In this document: positions 62,763 to 64,000 of the stretch, piece by piece
How the letters are laid out: every line of letters begins with the position of its first letter
Numbering within the stretch: position 1 is the stretch's first letter
DNA from: Gnetum montanum
Taxonomy: Eukaryota; Plantae; Gnetophyta
Direction: 5' to 3'
Assembly (NCBI GenBank): GCA_015680685.1
Contig: MNCI01002379.1
Location: 690,780 to 754,779, forward strand
DNA: 64,000 nt
The notes under the pieces: model-generated
The model's database searches: none
Seen by the model: the letters and a program-made list of their open reading frames with translations, nothing else
Told to the model about the DNA's origin: nothing
Made by a program: the position numbers and the translations under genes

Positions 62763-64000
62763 ATGGGCAAGGGCAAAGAAGTGGAGGGCCAGGGGAGGAA
62801 GGGTCTCGACTTAACCTTCATGGAGGAGATGGAGGCTATGCTGCAGGGCCTGCCCAGGCCAAGGATACCATCTTGGCCCGTGACATCCCACAGGTAGGCT
62901 CTGATCTTTGCCTCTGATTATTTCTATGCTTCGTCCTGTATAGCGTAGACAGTCTCGACGTATACGCCTAGCGTAAGGGTTTTTAAGCGTATGGGGTTTT
63001 GCGGCGTATACGCTGAGTGTCACTTTGCAGCGTAAATTTTTGTCAGCGTAAACATTTTCCCTGTACCAGCATATCAGCGTAAGCCATGGCATCATGAGTT
63101 TTTTGTGTAGTCTTGTTAGCGTGATTTGTTTATTTTATTAGCGTAAACGTTTACTGTAACAGTGTATACATCGAGGGTTTATTCGACGTATACGCTGTTA
63201 GTGTGCAGCTGTCTGTCAGCGTAAACTTATTTTTTGTTTCCGGCATAAACTTGTTTATTCCATGCAGGCGTACACTGTTTACACTTAAATCGTGTTGTGG
63301 CGTATACGCCGAGGGTGTCATTGGCGTATACGCTAAGCGTAAGTTGATTTTCGGCGTATACGCTGCGTTAGGCAGCATATACACTCAGTGTATAGCGTAT
63401 ACGCCATGTTCAAGCCGTGTATTACGCTAAGTGTGGACTGCTTCACCGCCGTATATGCTGGTTTACGGGGCGTATACGCTGACTGCAAACAGTTAGTAAA
63501 ATTTTTCCAGATTTTAAGTGTCGATTTATGATGTAAACTTTCGCTTTTTTCGGGCTAATCTGTCTTGGTATCGTGATTATTTGTAGGGACAACAAGTGCT
63601 TCCTCATCGTTGTCAAACTTGTCGGAGTATTAACATGGGTTGGCCCCATTGAGGAAGGCGAGGTTCCCTCGGATTTGACCATGGATGATAACAGGGTTTG
63701 GTTCAGGGGAGGCGCGTGTGGATTTTTGTCCTCCCTGTTGAACAATTTCGAGGTGGCTATCTAGTCAAACTTTGACGAGGTGAGTGCACGGAGCATGCTT
63801 GAGGAGATGCTGCTGGGGGCTGCAAAGGGTGTCATGGTTTTTATACAAGACATTGACGAGGGGCCTCTTGTTAACGAAGATGGTACTACGCGCGGGCCTC
63901 GGGCCACACGCCCATTAACGCGCGTGTGGGCACTATTTCCGCGAGGGTTGGATTATCTCAAAAATACACTGTTCATAGTTTCCCATGCACATACATTATT
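62763..64000 (+). pseudogene. 5' part of the antisense accessory gene of H (exon 1 62763-62893, intron 62894-63586, exon 2 from 63587)
   Basis: TATATAAA at 62498. The splice CAG|GTAGG...TTGTAG|G joins in frame (SHR-DNKCF). There is one in-frame TAG at 63762. LPR.I and IDEGPLVNEDG match LPRVYI and VDENDLHDEEG in C. Confidence 0.72.

Overview
This is plant genomic DNA (species not determinable) made almost entirely of nested, decayed LTR retrotransposons, with three N-gaps (42845-43123, 48446-49231, 55015-55324). An old Ty1/Copia fragment (2892-4616) is interrupted by a minus-strand element (A) and by a chain of Ty3/Gypsy Tat/Ogre-like elements with a tRNA-Asn PBS (B, C, D, E, H). D (11581-30056) is full length and carries a CTATC target-site duplication. 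An Athila-type LTR and PBS (F) is followed by a truncated DUF716/TMEM45-like host pseudogene, another LTR and an Athila-like gag-pol (G). The most notable structure is shared by C, D, H and partly E. Gag-PR ends in a conserved TAG, and a ~5 kb spacer before RT holds an antisense gene with its own TATA box and several conserved introns, encoding a PMD-like/coiled-coil protein. Pol restarts after a splice acceptor with its own ATG. Oriented TAAACT-core repeat arrays sit at both ends of the spacer and in the 3' UTR. No intact host gene, RNA gene or CRISPR array was found.
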